Part shown: piece after piece, positions 62,481-64,000 of the stretch
Position numbering within the stretch: the first letter of the stretch is position 1
Layout: each line of letters starts with the position of its first letter
Assembly (NCBI GenBank): GCA_965287045.1
Contig: OZ336886.1
Span: 18,600,001 to 18,664,000 of the forward strand
Source of the DNA: Carcharhinus amblyrhynchos
Taxonomy: Eukaryota
DNA: 64,000 bases
Reading direction: 5' to 3'
Notes under the pieces: model-generated
Told to the model about the DNA's origin: nothing
Seen by the model: the letters and a program-made list of their open reading frames with translations, nothing else
Databases searched by the model: none
Position numbers and translations under genes: made by a program

Positions 62481-64000
62481 TTTAGTAAACTTTAAATGAA
62501 GAATTCTGGGTGCGTTCTTAGTCCGTCATGAACATCCTGAGCAGCAGGATTGGCCTGCAATGTAAGATAACTTGTTATCTCCCAATGAGGGCAGCTACAT
62601 CACCACAACTAACAGCGCAGCGACTAATTCAGCACAGACCATAGGTGGTGAGTTTTGAAGGAGGGGGTATTTAATTGGGTTGGAGGTCATGAAATGGGGA
62701 CCCTGTCATCTTTTGCCTCCATTTGATGAAGTCCAGAGTTGGACAGCCTTCCTACTGGGATGTTAACTGAGTTTCTTTAGTGGACAATTTCACGCCACTG
62801 CTGCTAGTATTCAACCAGTGGCAGGCAAGGGCTCGCCGTGCAGGGAGCCTGAGAAAGCAAAACCCCTATTGGATTTCCATGATGGCTTCCAGGGGTGTCC
62901 CTCATTCAAAGGCACCACCTTGCCCTTTCTGCTGACTTCACCTCTCCCCCCAACTCCGCTTTCCCTCCTGCAACCTCCATACTGCCTTTGCTCACCTTCA
63001 GCCTGGGACCCTTCATCAATTTTTGCTCTCTGGTGGATGCAATACCAACAGTAGCCATTGTTTCCAGTGATGCTGATGGTAATGGAGAACTATCAGCCTC
63101 TGATCAGTTAACAACTCTCAGGTTTTGTTGTGGAGAGCAGGGGTTGGGAGGGATTTAATCCAAGAGGAGGATATGCTGGTCACTTAATACCAATGGGCCT
63201 TTACCAACAGATCCCACTGGTTCTCCAGCCAATGGGCAACACCTCTATTGTTAACCCATGATCTACCTATCTGTACTGGTTTAACACTGCATCCATAATC
63301 TGTTTTCAAACTTATCTTCATTTACCCTAATCACAAAAGTAAAATAGATTACCTATCATTCTTCAAATGATGTTAATTGCACATACATAACTGGATCTGG
63401 GGATGTCATAAATTCAGCATGCGTTTAAAAATGCCAATATTTTATTGGCGATTTCAATTCCTTTGGCTTCATTATCATATGCCTGCTGAAATCTACCAGA
63501 ATATTTGTTCATTTTGTTCTGATCTAAACTGAAAGTGAATTGTTTGCCCCTAATCTCCAGCTGTATACAGCCTGTGGAGACCCATTTGTAATGCAAGGAA
63601 GTAAATATTCATAGTGATGCTTTTCTATACAGCCTTCCACCCACGTGCAAATGAGAGGGGACTATCTGCTGTATCACTGATGTGAGGGCTTAGATAAAGC
63701 AGCCCCATATGTAGATCCCTATTGTAAGTGGCTAACAAAATAAGATTGCTGCCCTTTTTTTAAAAACTAATCATTATGTTGTTCAGACTGATAAAAATAC
63801 CAGTGACTTCTGTAGTTTGGGGCTGCTTCTATTTTACAACTTAAAAAGCTTTCTTGAGGGTTTGCTGTACACCTCATATGCCTTCAACAAAAATGAATTC
63901 ATGAACGAAAAAAAAGTGATACTTATTTCCAGCTTGTGTATCCACAAAGTTAAAAACATAATCATTTTGATTGTGCGCACAAAAAGGCATATAAATAATT

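Noticed and set aside
63414-63596. Candidate KNDC1 first exon
   Set aside because: No resemblance to the expected acidic N-terminus (...FEPLPTL.EDE) and no fitting phase-0 donor. Exon 1 is probably beyond 64000.

Overview
Eukaryotic, repeat-rich intronic DNA. The repeat complement (HE1-type V-SINEs, HER1/CR1 LINEs) points to a cartilaginous fish, probably a shark. One gene spans the whole window on the minus strand: a KNDC1 (very-KIND) orthologue. I can place ten consecutive coding exons by hand (60478 down to 1218). All have GT-AG introns and consistent phases, and together they give 2163 nt / 721 codons covering KIND1, a long Ser/Pro-rich linker and KIND2. The first exon and the RasGEF-encoding 3' exons lie outside the window. 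The introns hold CR1 LINE fragments, a second RT-bearing LINE family with a partner SINE, Rex1/Babar 3' ends, V-SINEs with two alternative tails, short MITE-like repeats and two 20-bp minisatellites. Most notable is a set of four short, TSD-flanked, palindromic Penelope-derived inserts carrying minimal hammerhead-ribozyme motifs, plus a linear GIY-YIG-bearing relative. Four local inverted duplications also stand out. Exon boundaries were counted base by base. Repeat boundaries are approximate and family names come from recognition, not a database search.
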